Shown here piece after piece: positions 37,601-50,806 of a stretch of DNA of 64,000 nucleotides. Each line of letters opens with the position of its first letter. Position 1 is the first letter of the stretch. This DNA comes from Paragordius varius (lineage: Eukaryota; Animalia; Nematomorpha): contig OZ176053.1 of the NCBI GenBank assembly GCA_964247055.1, positions 9,796,001 through 9,860,000 on the forward strand. Reading direction: 5' to 3'. The translations under genes and the position numbers were made by a program. The notes beneath the pieces are model-generated. The model saw only the letters and a program-made list of their open reading frames with translations, ran no database searches and was not told the origin of the DNA.

Positions 37601-39056
37601 AACTTTTGATATGTATATAGAAACTAATTGATGACGTTACAAGTCTCACAATTCGTACATATCCTCAATTCCTGGCCCGGTATAATTGCATTGGCGAAGA
37701 GATTAAAGAAAATTTACAAATTTTGAGCAATAATGGCGGCAACAATGAAAGTTCACAAATGTTTGATAATAATATGTTGGCCCGAAGAGAACGCATAGCG
37801 CATATACAAGTTTGGCAATAGCATTTTTTTGAAAATTTAATAATTTTTCAGTGTTTGAAAATATTATTTTTATGTTTTGGGTGTTTATTAACTAAAACCA
37901 TGTAATGATTATACAGGGCAAATTAGAGATGCTAAAAACCAAAGCACATAAATTTTACAATCAACGGGAAGAATTGTTGTTAAATACATCATCCGAAAAT
38001 ACTACTTTTCAAAGGTCTGTCTTACACAATCTAGGGTCAAAAACCACAAATAGAAGTGAAAGAGACGAAACTTTTGCAAATTATTACACTAATAATAGGG
38101 ATAGAGTAGAACATAATAAAAATCTACACCAAAATTACAATAATAATAGATTTGATAAAAACTATTTACATTATTCTCAAAATGTAAGAAATGGTTATCA
38201 TAACTCGGATGAACACGAAAACCTTAATGCGTCAAAACCCAATGGTCACAATACTGATGCTAATAATACTAATTTAAATTCTCAAAATTATAAATTTGAT
38301 CACAAGTTGTCTAACACATATCACGAATCTCAAATGAATCAAAACTCTAAAAACAACTTTATATTAGTTGATAAGAACGTAAATTATGATAGAGCTGGCA
38401 TAATATACAGCAATAATTCCGAAAGCCCTGTTACCCTTAAACGCATTAGGATGGGCCATCATGGGATAAAACAGAATTTCGATCATTTACCTTCCACGCT
38501 AAGGCGATCACTTAAAAACCGATCACCACAAGGTATCATATTTAGTGTGTATGTACATCATGCATTTTGTTTCTATTTTCTTAATTTACAAGGCCAATTA
38601 AAATTTTGAGAATTTGGTTAAAAATTATTTTCAATGACATAATATTATTATCTCACATGCAAAACCCGTATGCATTTTTATTACACTTAAACCTAAGTTG
38701 GGATCTCTTCTGCAAAAGCCTATGTACTAGCTAGAATTATAGACCAAAATTTATGTTTTCTCCATTTTAGAAGTGTCTTTTGAATCCGATTGCCATATAC
38801 CACGCGTGTTGCGCCGAGCCCATAATGCTAATGAATATGAACAAAAACGGAAAAACCGTTCACAAAGTGTCCCGCCTCCTGATACGGTGGAGGAAATGCT
38901 TTATGAACGAAAAAGCCCACCAGATGCATCAAATAATCGACCAAATGCACAAAGTGACCACGCAAATATACAAAATGAAAGGGTAAATGATTTTACTAAA
39001 ATACAATATTTATGAGTGTGCCATAAAAATTATACCTGTAATATAATAATTGGTTT

Positions 39057-39098
<42 letters not shown>

Positions 39099-42000
39099 TT
39101 ATCTATGCTTATTCGATTTTTCGTTTGCCACATTGATAACCCTTTTTTTCATGAAGAATCGGAAATCATCAATAACGGTGAATAAAGGATCCATGTATGA
39201 TACAACTTTTCAACCCTATTCCGCCCAACCTACTCTGTCTAATCCACAATCATACCCCATGTATATCAGTTATCAAAATAACCAAACCACAGCTACCATG
39301 GAATCAACTCATAATAATCACAGTAATGCCAAATGTGGCGAATCGAAATTGACTCCCCCACAAACTTATTATCATGTCAACTGTGATAAAAATTTACCCA
39401 ACCAATTTTATTCCAATGAGGGTCGTCGTCCTTCCTGCAGTAAAGTCTCAGAATTTATTGAGCACACAGTGGATCGAAATGGACAAATTGATTCAAGCAG
39501 GCATCAAACTAACGTATATTATATGCGTGCTTATGGTCGCTCACCATCAATCCCGATATCTCCCAAATCACCCAATCATGAACGGGAGGAACGTAAATGT
39601 TCAATAAATGGTAGAAATTTTCAAACTAATTATCCACAACTACATCAGCTTAATGCAAACTCTCCCATCGTTGAAACGTATAAAGATTTGAATGTTTTAT
39701 CCATCAAAGAAACACCCATTGAGCAAATATCAGCATATCCCCCGAACAATTATTATCAAGCACAGCAAACGCAATCAACCACCCCTGGAAATCAAAGTTA
39801 CCCAACTTTCTTTTAATATCTTGTTTGACAAATGTGTATAAGTGTGGTGTGGTAAGTTAGATTCATTAATATTTTCCAAATTTGAATGCCTTTAAAAACT
39901 CTCAAAAGGGATGGTTTCTATCGGGAAAAATAGCTTTTCAGTTAGTTCCGAAGTTAATGAATGTAGCCCACGCCCTATTGAAAAATATTTTGACATAAAT
40001 ATATAATGTTTTAATAGAACAATTTAGGAGTTATTTATACTTACTGACAATTTTTTGTCAAGTGTATGGGTTTGTTAATATTATCATAAATTATTTAAGC
40101 GTTTTTTATCAAGACATTTTATATTTTTATCATAGCAAAAACGGTCATCTTAGTCGAACCCAAATGCAAAACGGCTGGGGGAAAAGGAGCGAATCCAAAG
40201 ATATTTACCAAAGAATCCTCCCCATGTAGCTTGGCAAACAGTGTTTACAGCGCTGAAATCGGTTTAGAAACGATAGATCAAGAGGTTATGCTCTTTTTAT
40301 TATATTGACTCTCGTTTAGTTTTGAAGCAATAAAACGATCAGATTTGATATAACATTCAAAAAAATAAAACTATTATCTTGTTGTCACACACAAGATTTT
40401 TTATAATTACTGCGAGTCCAGTAAATAATGAAGCTAATATTGTCAAATTATCCTTAATATTAAACCACAACTTATTTAACACTTTACATATGATTTTTTG
40501 ATTCCAACTTAAAATAAATTAATAAACAATAACCTATATATATATCGTTTTAGTTGTCAAGGCCACAAAAGATAAATATCCCTGAGCGGTTACGTGACGA
40601 AGAACTCGTTTTGTGCGAATTGATGGCCAATCAGGCTAACCTTACACCAGCCCACGGTCAAGCTGGTTTTGATTCGTTAACTCAAACACAAATTAACGAA
40701 TACATTTTGGCTCAAAAGAATTATGCCACTTCATGCGGTATTTTTCGATTATTGAATTATAATTATCTTATCAACAAAAATTAATTGTTAGGCACTGTTA
40801 TTATTTCACTTTGGGTTATGGGGTTTTAAGGTCAAATGTAATGCTAAAATGCTAATTCGAAAGATATGAACCTTTAATTAAAAACAGAATTATTACTTTC
40901 GGGTAAAATTTGTATATTGCGATTAATTTCAAGCGCTTTTTAGAATGTAATACTTTTTACAAATAACTCTCATGCTACTATACCCTTTTTTTATTTAAAT
41001 CTTCCGTTTTTAATTGATCGGACATAATACATAAATGGTAAAAACCAATTATCATGTACAGGTTTAGATTCCCCAAAACAGCACAGCACAAGTGCCAGTT
41101 TATCTTTGGATTCATCCACACCTCCTTTGGCTAACAAAGCACATAATCATCACTCTACCAGAAACAATGAAAGCGTTTTTGCACCTCTTAAGGTACAAAT
41201 ACCCCCACCTCCACCCCTCCTGCATTCAAATGATAATAAATTTCGTACTATACAGAATAGCAATAAATATAACGATCAAAGATCACTTACTACTACTGAT
41301 TACAATAATAACAATATTGAAGCATATAGGGGTGATAAAATATTATCGCCCCTGTATAAAGATGAAAAAATGAATCACACGAACCATGTAAGTCCTGAGG
41401 AAAAGGAAACGAAAGAACGTGTAAAAGCAGCAATCAAAAAAGAATACTTAAAAAATTTGTTATCCAATTATGGGTAAATTTGATTGTATTATGCATAAGG
41501 GGATCTTAATTTAAAATTCCGACCTAATTTTTTTTTGTAATTGTGTAGAGAAAAGTTTTTTACTAACTTTATTTGGAATATTATCTTTTGTCTTTTAACT
41601 TTAAAGATTTTATATTTTGCTGAAATTGAGAATTTTTGTCAATGTAAGACATGGTTTAATCTTACGTTAAATATCTTTAGTTTGTTGATTTATGTTATTA
41701 TTTTATTTTTAAGGTGGTGGAACGCTTAAACATTAGTTTTTATAAGGTTTAAACATTTTTGTTGGCCAATTTTTTGATGTGGCATATATGTTATAACAAT
41801 AGTTTATTATAAAAAAATATCCAAGGGAAAGGTTTAGAATTATATGGCTTACATTTGAAAGTAATAAATAAAAGGTCTATACTTTAATCTATATAAAAAT
41901 GCATGCTTTGTACTAAACGCTAAGTTTCTTTTAACAGATCTCACGATTTGTCCCCTCAAATCGCACATGGCAGAACGACATCATCACCGTATATCCGTTC

Positions 42001-42508
42001 AAGTCTTTCCTCTTCAACAAATGACTCTCCTAACGTTAACCATCAAAGACTTGGGACTGATTTCCCATGCGTTGAATCAAATATGAATAATAGTTACCAT
42101 ATGAATGGTGGAGATAAAACATCACCCAATATTAATAATAATAATCAAAGTCAATCTAAAGATTTTACGGGTGAGAGGGCCCTTTCCCATAATGGACACT
42201 CCAACTCATGGTTAGAGGAGGAACGATGTCGCCGGGAAAAATTGTTGAATCTCAACGAATTACTTGCCAAAGAAGTAGCCGCTAAAACACGAAAAATGAT
42301 GCTAAATAATGCCCTAAGTCGGGAGAATGCCGCTGCTAATAATGAGACCTTTTCCTCCTTATCATCACCCCCAGACCAAAGTGGATCAAAGAAATTTGAA
42401 AATTATATTCCTTTTACCACCACCGTTATAGAAGAGCAAAACAATAGTCCAAGGACAGATATTGATCAATATCTGCATTATAATTTTTCTGAATCTAATG
42501 GGTTTTAA
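31601..42508 (+). CDS. PH-domain and coiled-coil scaffold protein, PLEKHA5/6/7 (kramer)-like; spliced, 5' end unresolved
   Basis: Phase-consistent GT-AG exons: 31601-32136, 33674-33833, 34165-34237, 34314-34763, 34866-35085, 35503-35827, 36058-36218, 36845-37064, 37223-37360, 37621-37809, 37917-38532, 38771-38982, ~39157-~39796 (boundaries less sure), 40136-40284, 40554-40737, 41062-41473 and 41938-42508 (TAA). PH strands RENWLFFL/EKVPIIHWVKKWVILDEVSLLIF and PH helix MATMNGAERDEWVKTF; coiled coils. LSRPQKINIPERL, SPEEKETKERVKAAI and RREKLLNLNELLAKEVAAKTRK resemble remembered PLEKHA6/7 C-terminal motifs. Confidence 0.7.
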
Positions 42509-43023
42509 CTATGTTGTATTTTTCGATAAGTTATTTGAATACTAACTAATAATTAAATACCAAACACATCGATAATAAACGTGCTTGGCCATGAAAAAAA
42601 GTTTATGGCACACGAAATATTTTATGATTCCTATAAGTGTTAGTTAGGATAATAAAAGTGCGTTCGCTCTTAAACAAATTATTAATTTTAAACAATCTCC
42701 TTTTGCTATAATTACATATAATGTTAAATAGTTTAGGCGTGACTAACAATTTAGTGTGAAGCGTACGCAAAAAACTATAAATTTTATTTTAGTTATAATA
42801 TATATTTTATTAATTTAAATAAAAAATAATTTATTACATCTTTTTTATTTGTCATTTGTGAAAACAAAGTTTCATTAAATTGTTTGACAAAAAAATCTTG
42901 AAAGATTAAAATATACATTATGTCCTCGAATGTGACTTCCACAAAACTTTCTTAATTAAAAATTTATTATATGATATCGTGGTTTTTTTTATAGCCAATT
43001 AAAAACAAATTAAATTTTATTTG

Positions 43024-43054
<31 letters not shown>

Positions 43055-46000
43055 GTAACGCACTCACTATTCTTATATATTCTTTTCTAAGAAAGCATTT
43101 TATACGTAATAAGTCACCACTGCCTGTATACCACTAAAACAATGTATTTTTATACATGTATCGAAAAAAATGACCATATATAATCACACACTCATACTTT
43201 TTACTTTTTGTATTTTGAGAATCTACATTTTAGCATTTATATATTAAACCATATATGACCGATGTTTTTTGAAATATTGCAATAAATTACTAAATCCTTA
43301 CCTCATATTTACAACATTTCTACATAAGCAGAGATTGTATTCCATTAGGTTTCTTTTTGATCTCGTTTTCTACACCTAGTGTCCATATTGAATGAAAACA
43401 GTGCGCTATATAAAACTATATTCTTAGTGCTTTGTAAAAAATATAGCCTAAAGCGAAAATTTTTAACATATATTTATAGTATAATTAAAATCAAAAAATG
43501 TTTTATGCACATTTTGGGAAATATCTAAATATATATTATAAATGTTTCATATTTTCTGCAAAATTTGTTAGAAACTATAATATGTAAAGTTAGATATTAA
43601 AACCTGAGGATAATTTTATGCAATGGTTTTTTAGGGAGGTTGGCGTTTATTTTCAAGAACTCTATAGATAGGGATTTTAAGATTCAGTATAATGTTTGAA
43701 AAGAAAAACTGCGAACGTCAGTATTTTCAAATTATATATTTACATGTTAGCACTCATCAGCACGGAACAACTATTTGGCTTTAAAATTTAATTCAAATCG
43801 TATATATAAACCGTTGTGAGTTTGGTATATCATCGTGACTAATACAAATTATTACTTTATAACTTAAATTTGAGCCGTAATTATCATATTACAATATAAA
43901 ATATGTCATGTTGATCAAAATGAACAGATAATCTAGTTCAGTGGTAGTCATCAGCCAATTTTGACAGGACGAATAAAATGATTTTGTCTCAAGGATGATA
44001 TTGAAAAATATTTTATAGCTTCATATGCATTTACCGCGTTAAACACATAAAGGATATCATCTTTTATAGATTGGATTATTATTAACCAATATTTTTTGAC
44101 AAATCTGGTTACATAATAATAAGTCAATCGAACGGAATACTCATTTTTTTTTGAATATCCACCTCTATTTAAGTTGACAAAACAATAAGGAAAACTTAGA
44201 AAAATTTTATTTTAAATAATTATTTTGATCTTACCAAAATATACGATTTTTACTTGGATCTCTTTTTTAATTATCTTCGAAATTGGAATCATGATCGAAT
44301 ATTAACAGGCTACATATGATTATAAATGACGCATATTTTTCATGGAAACCGGCAATTCTCATCATGTATGAGATTTAGAAAAAATGGAATTTAAAATACT
44401 GAAAAATATATAAAAAATAAAATCACCAAAATTTTTGAATTATTTCAAAGCAATCAAAAAATACAATTTAGTGATTCAGTGCCATACACTTTTAGGCGGC
44501 GGTTTGAGATCACTGCTTTAGCATGACCAGTCTTAACCGTGTCCAACACAAATGGCTTTAGGGGACGCATTTGAAATATATATGGCTATTAAAAAATATT
44601 TCATTGGATTATAAATACAAGACTGTAAATGCAAAAGGATAGACCTATTAAAAATTGTAACTTTTTTGCAAATAATGGATTTCCAACCTACCATTTATGT
44701 TATACTTCAATATAAGATCAATTTTTGAAATAGCGATTGCAATAAAATCGTAGTGTTGGATATATAAATTTTTGTCTACAAAGACACAAAGTCAAAAAGA
44801 TGTTTCGTACTGATGAGTGCTAACATGAACAAAAGAATTAAAAGTTTCATTTTTTGTAATTGCTGTTTTCAAATTTAATTTTAAATATAACATCAATAAA
44901 TATCTGGTTTATTGAATATTTACCCAACATCTATCCTTTGTTCTTATATTGAGGAGACGAATTTGTTAAACGAATTAAAAAATATAACACTTTTACATAT
45001 AAATAACTACGTAAGGCAAACCATGTTTATATATTAAGGACTTATTTTTTGAAATGACGCTACCAGTAAAAGCCCATTGATTTTGTATAAGCTGTTAAAG
45101 ATAGAGCAATAAAAAGTAAAATTATTTGCCATCATTTAATTGTTATGCAATCAATAAAAAAAATGTGAATTGGTTAGCATTTACACTTTGCCAAAAACGT
45201 TGGCTTTAATGTGCCAAAATATTCTAATTTTGGCACAATGTGGGAAATAATTCATGTAGCACCATGAGAACGGTGAGGAAGTTAATTCCAAATATGCAAG
45301 GTGGTTCTCAAAAATCTAAACTTTCTAAAATATAGAAGTGGCTTCCTTCTTTTATCCCAAAATGTATTTGGATATAAATTACATATTTCATATGTAACAT
45401 GTATAAATGAAATTTATTTTCAAATTATGGGCCCTGGTTCGATCGGCGCATATACGGCTTAAACCATGATTTTACCTTAAAATAAGTAATATCAAGTATT
45501 TTGTATGACTTTCTTTATATTTCGGTTTATTAATGTTATATAAAGAGAAAATGCCATTGTTTTAATTTATTCCATATTTTTTTAATTATTTAATTTTGAA
45601 CAGACCTGGGTTATCCAACGACCCCAATTTGAATCAAAGGATTGAATTTGTATCCAAGTGTTAAAATTGGTTGATACATTACTATTATTTCTAAATAAAT
45701 GTGGGCATTTTTTACCAAATTTCGCGTGCACGGCCTTTTAATTATTAATAAGCAAGTCAAGCTTTTTATAGCGATGTGTTTTCTTTAAATTAATTAGATA
45801 TTCATATAAACTGCTATCAGATTCTTTCGGAAAACTAATTAATAATATTAGTAAACACATCGTTCCTTTAATTAAATATTAAAATTTTATTAATGAGTCT
45901 TACTGGACAAAGAAAATATGCTTATTGGAATTTTATTAACATTTAACCAAAGAGAAAATAATCAGGTTTTTAATGTTGTTTGGGAAAATTTTACATGTTA

Positions 46001-48023
46001 TTAATGTATAGGGTTTTCTTTATCAAAGGATTTTGCGAAAATCTCTTATAGGAAAATGATCAAAAGTAAATTAGTTGAGCTTACATTATGCTTGTATCAA
46101 TACATTTCCAAAAATATCTAATTATCGGAAAACAAAATTAGGTTTGTATTTAAAAAGCGTCTTCCCTTATTTAGATTTAAATTAAGCCAAATTTAAATGA
46201 GGATAACACAAATAAAAAATTAATTAAATATAAGTAGGATCATTCCATCACAACGTAAAATATTAGCCGAAAATTAAGATGTTCAAAGGAGGAAAAGTCG
46301 AAAAGAATCATTTATAAACAATGGTGACCGCTCCTTTTAATAGTGAAGTTGTTTGAAGTTCCCTCGCCCAATGTGAATTGTTTGGATTACATAATTGTTA
46401 CTTTTCAACAATTATCCATTTCCAAGATTTCGTTCCTTAGGATGAAAGAAAATAAATGGGTAAAGAACAATCCAATCAATATGGAAATATAAATTGTATA
46501 ATAAATTTATTAAGGGCCATTAATTTCTAGAAATATAAAATTTTGATTCAATTTGTTATTAGTATAAAATATTTTTTTATATTCAACCGTAACGAATTTT
46601 GTTTTGTCCACAGTTTGTTGAAAATAAAATTAAAAATAAATAGGTATTTATTTCTGAAAATTAATATAAATTAATTTTGGTTTATATTAAAATACATGGT
46701 ATTCAACAAAATAAAGATAAAATGTTGAATATAATGGTATTAATTTGTATTAAGTAACTTTTCAAAAACCCGAAATTCATATCGAAAACTTAAAATCAAA
46801 TTCCCAAGATTATATATAATTTTCGTGCTTAAAAATTTAATGGGACTTCGAATATTATTATTCAGCTGTTTGGCGCTTAATATGAAAATTGAAAACAATG
46901 ACCGTTGACTTTCAATAACAGTTTAAAATATATTTTAACTGATGTCTGAAACCTTTAATCCTATTATTATATGTTATGCTTTTACAAAAATTTATGCAGA
47001 AGCTTTATGCAATTCATAAAAATAAAAAAGTTATAAATAAGTAAAGTCAAAATTATGGTTTTGGAAAATGCTGATGGCAGCTTTTTTCATATGATATATC
47101 ATTCATTCGTTTATGACCACAATTTACATAAGATTGGGTTGTGTATAAAGACGGTTAAAACCTAAGCTTAATTATAACAAACTAATATATTTTTTTTACT
47201 TAATTTATGAATAATTTCCTAGCCTTCAAAATGTTAGCTTATGAATAGGGAATCGTTTTTAATGTGTTTATTTATATTATAAAAATAAGTAATATTGGGC
47301 CCTGGACGAGACATTTATATACCATATTAGGACACGGAAGGGAGTCGATAAATTATTTACATACATCTAATTAATAAATATTTTATTGATCATACCTTTT
47401 CTGACAAGACTTATAAGCACGTAAAAAAATGCTTAACAAAAAATGAAATCGTATATTTTAATTTATATCAATTAAAACATCTTTTCCCTTCATTTTGGAA
47501 TTGTTGGGTAGCAAAATTTGGCTTCTTCGCTTAAATTTACAATATTAGCGTTGACATATGTGTAATTTAAAATATTTCATAATCTTTTTTTAATCAAAAA
47601 CCAGTTAATCCTTGCAATGCATGCAGGTAGGGTGCAAGAGATATAAAGTTAGGCATAATTATGTATGCAACTAAAATTAAAGCCATACAAAACGCGTAAC
47701 TAAATTAATATTATTATTATTATTAGGAGATTTTAGAGAAGAAGACAGAGCGAGAGAAGGTGCTTCGAACATAATGTGTCAACATGAAATGGCAACATTA
47801 ATCGTGAATCCTTGCTTGTATATTTTAGATTTTAAGAAAGAATAATTACATATTTCTTTGATATAATCTTAGTGGGAAAACACACACACTAATATCTTGA
47901 AATAAATAGGTTTGTCTTTTAAATCTTATAAAGAGTCGTGATATTAAAAATTTTGCACATATTTTTTAAAACTCTTTAACTATACTTTATTATCGTTATT
48001 ATTCTAAATTATATCGTCATTTA

Positions 48024-50382
48024 ATGTTGCTTAAATTGTATCATATACCGCTCATATTTATATTGGCTTTGATTGGATTCAAACCATTAGAAGTAAATGG
48101 TAAACCCCTTTTAAGTTACTATCCATGGTATGTCTTAATTATAATTTAACCCATATAGAAAATATTTTAAATATATAGTACAATTTTGCACATATAAATA
48201 TTTTAAATATATAATGTTACATTGCCAATTTGGATATCCTTATGGTTTATACACAACGTTAAGTGATTGATGCCGGTATACCGTAAATTATGTCTTTCTA
48301 TCATTATAAATGTTTAAATTATCCACTTTTTATGGGTAAATTTTAAATTAATTACCTATTTATTTATTTTAGGGGTTCTTTTGACCTTTGAATACTTATT
48401 CTAAAAAATAAATTATGTAATGCAGAATCACTTAGATCCATTATCTTTTTTTAATGATATTAATTTTAGCATGTTTTATAAATTTCTAACAGATAATAGT
48501 GGACCGTGAACCGCTCCTTAAATATGTAGCTAAATATTTTAACAATTATTTATAATTAAGTATATAATAAAAATATGAAATAAAAATCAAATTTTGGTAA
48601 TAATTAATATATGGTCCCATTTTTGTGGTAAGATATTGATCATGAGGATCATTCATAATTGACATCGGTTATTTTTTGATCAGCAATTTTAATAATTAAC
48701 ACATATTTAGCCTTTAATATTCAACGTTAAAACAAACAAATAGTTATCTTAAGGTTAAAAATTTTTTTATATATTGATTCTGTCGTATCAGCCAGTTGTT
48801 TTTAGCTCTATTTTTGAACCTTATGCTGTTAATCGGTAAAATTTTACATATATTGTCACAATTATTTTATATAAGCTTTTAATTGTTAATGCTGTATGTT
48901 AATTAGATATATAATGTTTGTAAAATTTCAATGGCCACAAATAATTTTTATGGTGGTTTTTTTAATGGTTTATTGGATTATTCCCCTGTTGTAAACCTAA
49001 AAATGTACTTTAATTTTTTAAACTTTGATGTAAAACAGCCAACTTTAATGATAAAAATATAATTTTTGGCCGGTCACCATCCCAATATAAATATGAACAT
49101 GCTGCTTTTAATATTAGTTGACGCATTTAGCAACTGGGAAAATGCTACAATTGAAGTTTTACAAATTTCTAATATTTGGTGTTATACAATGCATATGTAA
49201 TTAACAGTCCATCACCCTTTGGGTTTATATCACAAACCGATTTAAAATTGGAATATCTAAAAAAGTATAAGGTTTTAAGCCGAATTTAAATATCCTTTCA
49301 TTAGTTTTTTAAACGTATTATACTAATTTTTTTATAGAAATAAAAAATTGTAATAAAATCCTCATCTAAAACTTTTTGCGGCCATTTTCAACGCAAATAT
49401 ATGCACAATATGGAAATGTAATTTAAAACAAAAAAGCTTTCAGGCTACGTTTTAGCAGCAAAAAACTTGATATATTTTGATTTTAACATCAGATGGTCGT
49501 TTCGATCGTATTTTGGAGCTGTCCCAATTTTACACTCTAGAAGTCATAAATCTGTAAAAAATGTAAGATTTTTTTATCAAATAAATGAGAACAATGTTGA
49601 TAATAAATTTTAATTAAAATCCCTTTAGAACTGTAGTTTTTTTACAAAATTGAACTCTGGGATATAAAACTATTCCAATATGTAAACTAGGACAAAAAAG
49701 AGAAAGGTAATGAATTGCTAAACATTGATAATGAATGATAAGAGAGGTTGTCTATTGCGGTTAGGTGTTAAATAAAATTTTAAAAATCTTACACTCCACA
49801 AATCGACTTGGATAAGATAAGGGTACCTCAGGTCTGTTTATAACCAAATTATAAAAAGCAATATAACAAAAATTGCATATTTTTACATATCAGTAAAAAG
49901 AGTTATAACTTTTTTAAAAATTTATTCTCAAATGCATCCATCCTTGGTATTATATAAAAATGCAAAAACGACCCAAAAATATGTTATTACATTATTTCTC
50001 TGAATATAAAGAACACCTCTAATTTTCGGAAAGCAAAAGGAAAAATCAAATAAATACGGCCAATGTTATCTTACTGGTCAATCATTAATAATAATTTATA
50101 ACCACTAATTTATACCCGAATTATATCCTATTTAGGGATCAAGAACCTATGGGATTATCATATAAAGAGAAAAGGTATTTATAATACTTAAATTATGTCA
50201 AAAGTTTTTATACAATATTAAATTGTTTAATGTCCTAACTTAGACTTCTGGGACTAGATAGAGATCACTCCGCTGCACAAATGGCTCTCCTTCAAACAGG
50301 GTTAGGCGCGGCTAGTGCGGGAGGTCCTGGAAAGAAACGATACTATCCTCAAGATGATTTTCATGTGGATAATTATATTTAG
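48024..50382 (+). CDS. DH31-like (calcitonin-family) neuropeptide precursor, 93 aa minimal three-exon model
   Basis: Exons 48024-48127, 50136-50174 and 50244-50382, all joins phase 2, GT-AG. Protein: MLLKLYHIPLIFILALIGFKPLEVNG/KPLLSYYPWDQEPMGLSYKE-KR-LLGLDRDHSAAQMALLQTGLGAASAGGP-G-KKR-YYPQDDFHVDNYI*. It has a signal peptide, dibasic sites and an amidation Gly, and aligns to insect DH31 ([31 protein letters not shown]-amide). Extra phase-2 exons in the 2 kb intron are possible. Confidence 0.78.
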
Positions 50383-50498
50383 TAGTGAAAGACAAATTCT
50401 TTATTATATATAAAATAAGTGTTTGTGGTTAAAATATATTTATCTATCTATATCATGATTTAAAATCATATATGTATATATATTACAATCATTAAATA

Positions 50499-50721
50499 AA
50501 TATCTGTCAAATATTTCGCTTTTAAAAATTTTATATTTTGTGTGAGCATAAGTTATAACTTAAATTATATTGCATTGCCACCAGAGAATGTAATATTTAA
50601 AAAATATGTCAATATATCTGTCAAATATTTCGCTTTTAAAAATTTTATATTTTGTGTGAGCATAAGTTATAACTTAAATTATATTGCATTGCCACCAGAG
50701 AATGTAATATTTAAAAAAATA
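50499..50721. repeat. 114 bp direct tandem duplication (2 copies)
   Basis: tatctgtcaaatatttcgcttttaaaa...gccaccagagaatgtaatatttaaaaaatat starts at 50501 and again at 50615. Confidence 0.95.
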
Positions 50722-50806
50722 TAATTAATTTTCATATAAATTTTGGGTTAAAGCAAAAGTATTTGAGTTAAATTTTATACAATCAAAGGCGTCTTAAAAT
50801 TAATAG

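Noticed and set aside
45600-45665. Short similarity to ~53748..53790 (ctggg...aatttgaatcaaag)
   Set aside because: Too short to define an element; possibly a small dispersed repeat.
47727-47817. Short open stretch GDFREEDRAREGASNIMCQHEMATLIVNPCL between AG and GT
   Set aside because: It has no partner exons or homology, and may be 5' UTR of the neuropeptide gene or chance.
49131-49706. Alternative middle exons for the neuropeptide gene (49131-49178, 49208-49264, microexon 49691-49706)
   Set aside because: 50136-50174 gives the cleanest model, with a KR site split by the intron. The others remain possible but unsupported without transcripts.
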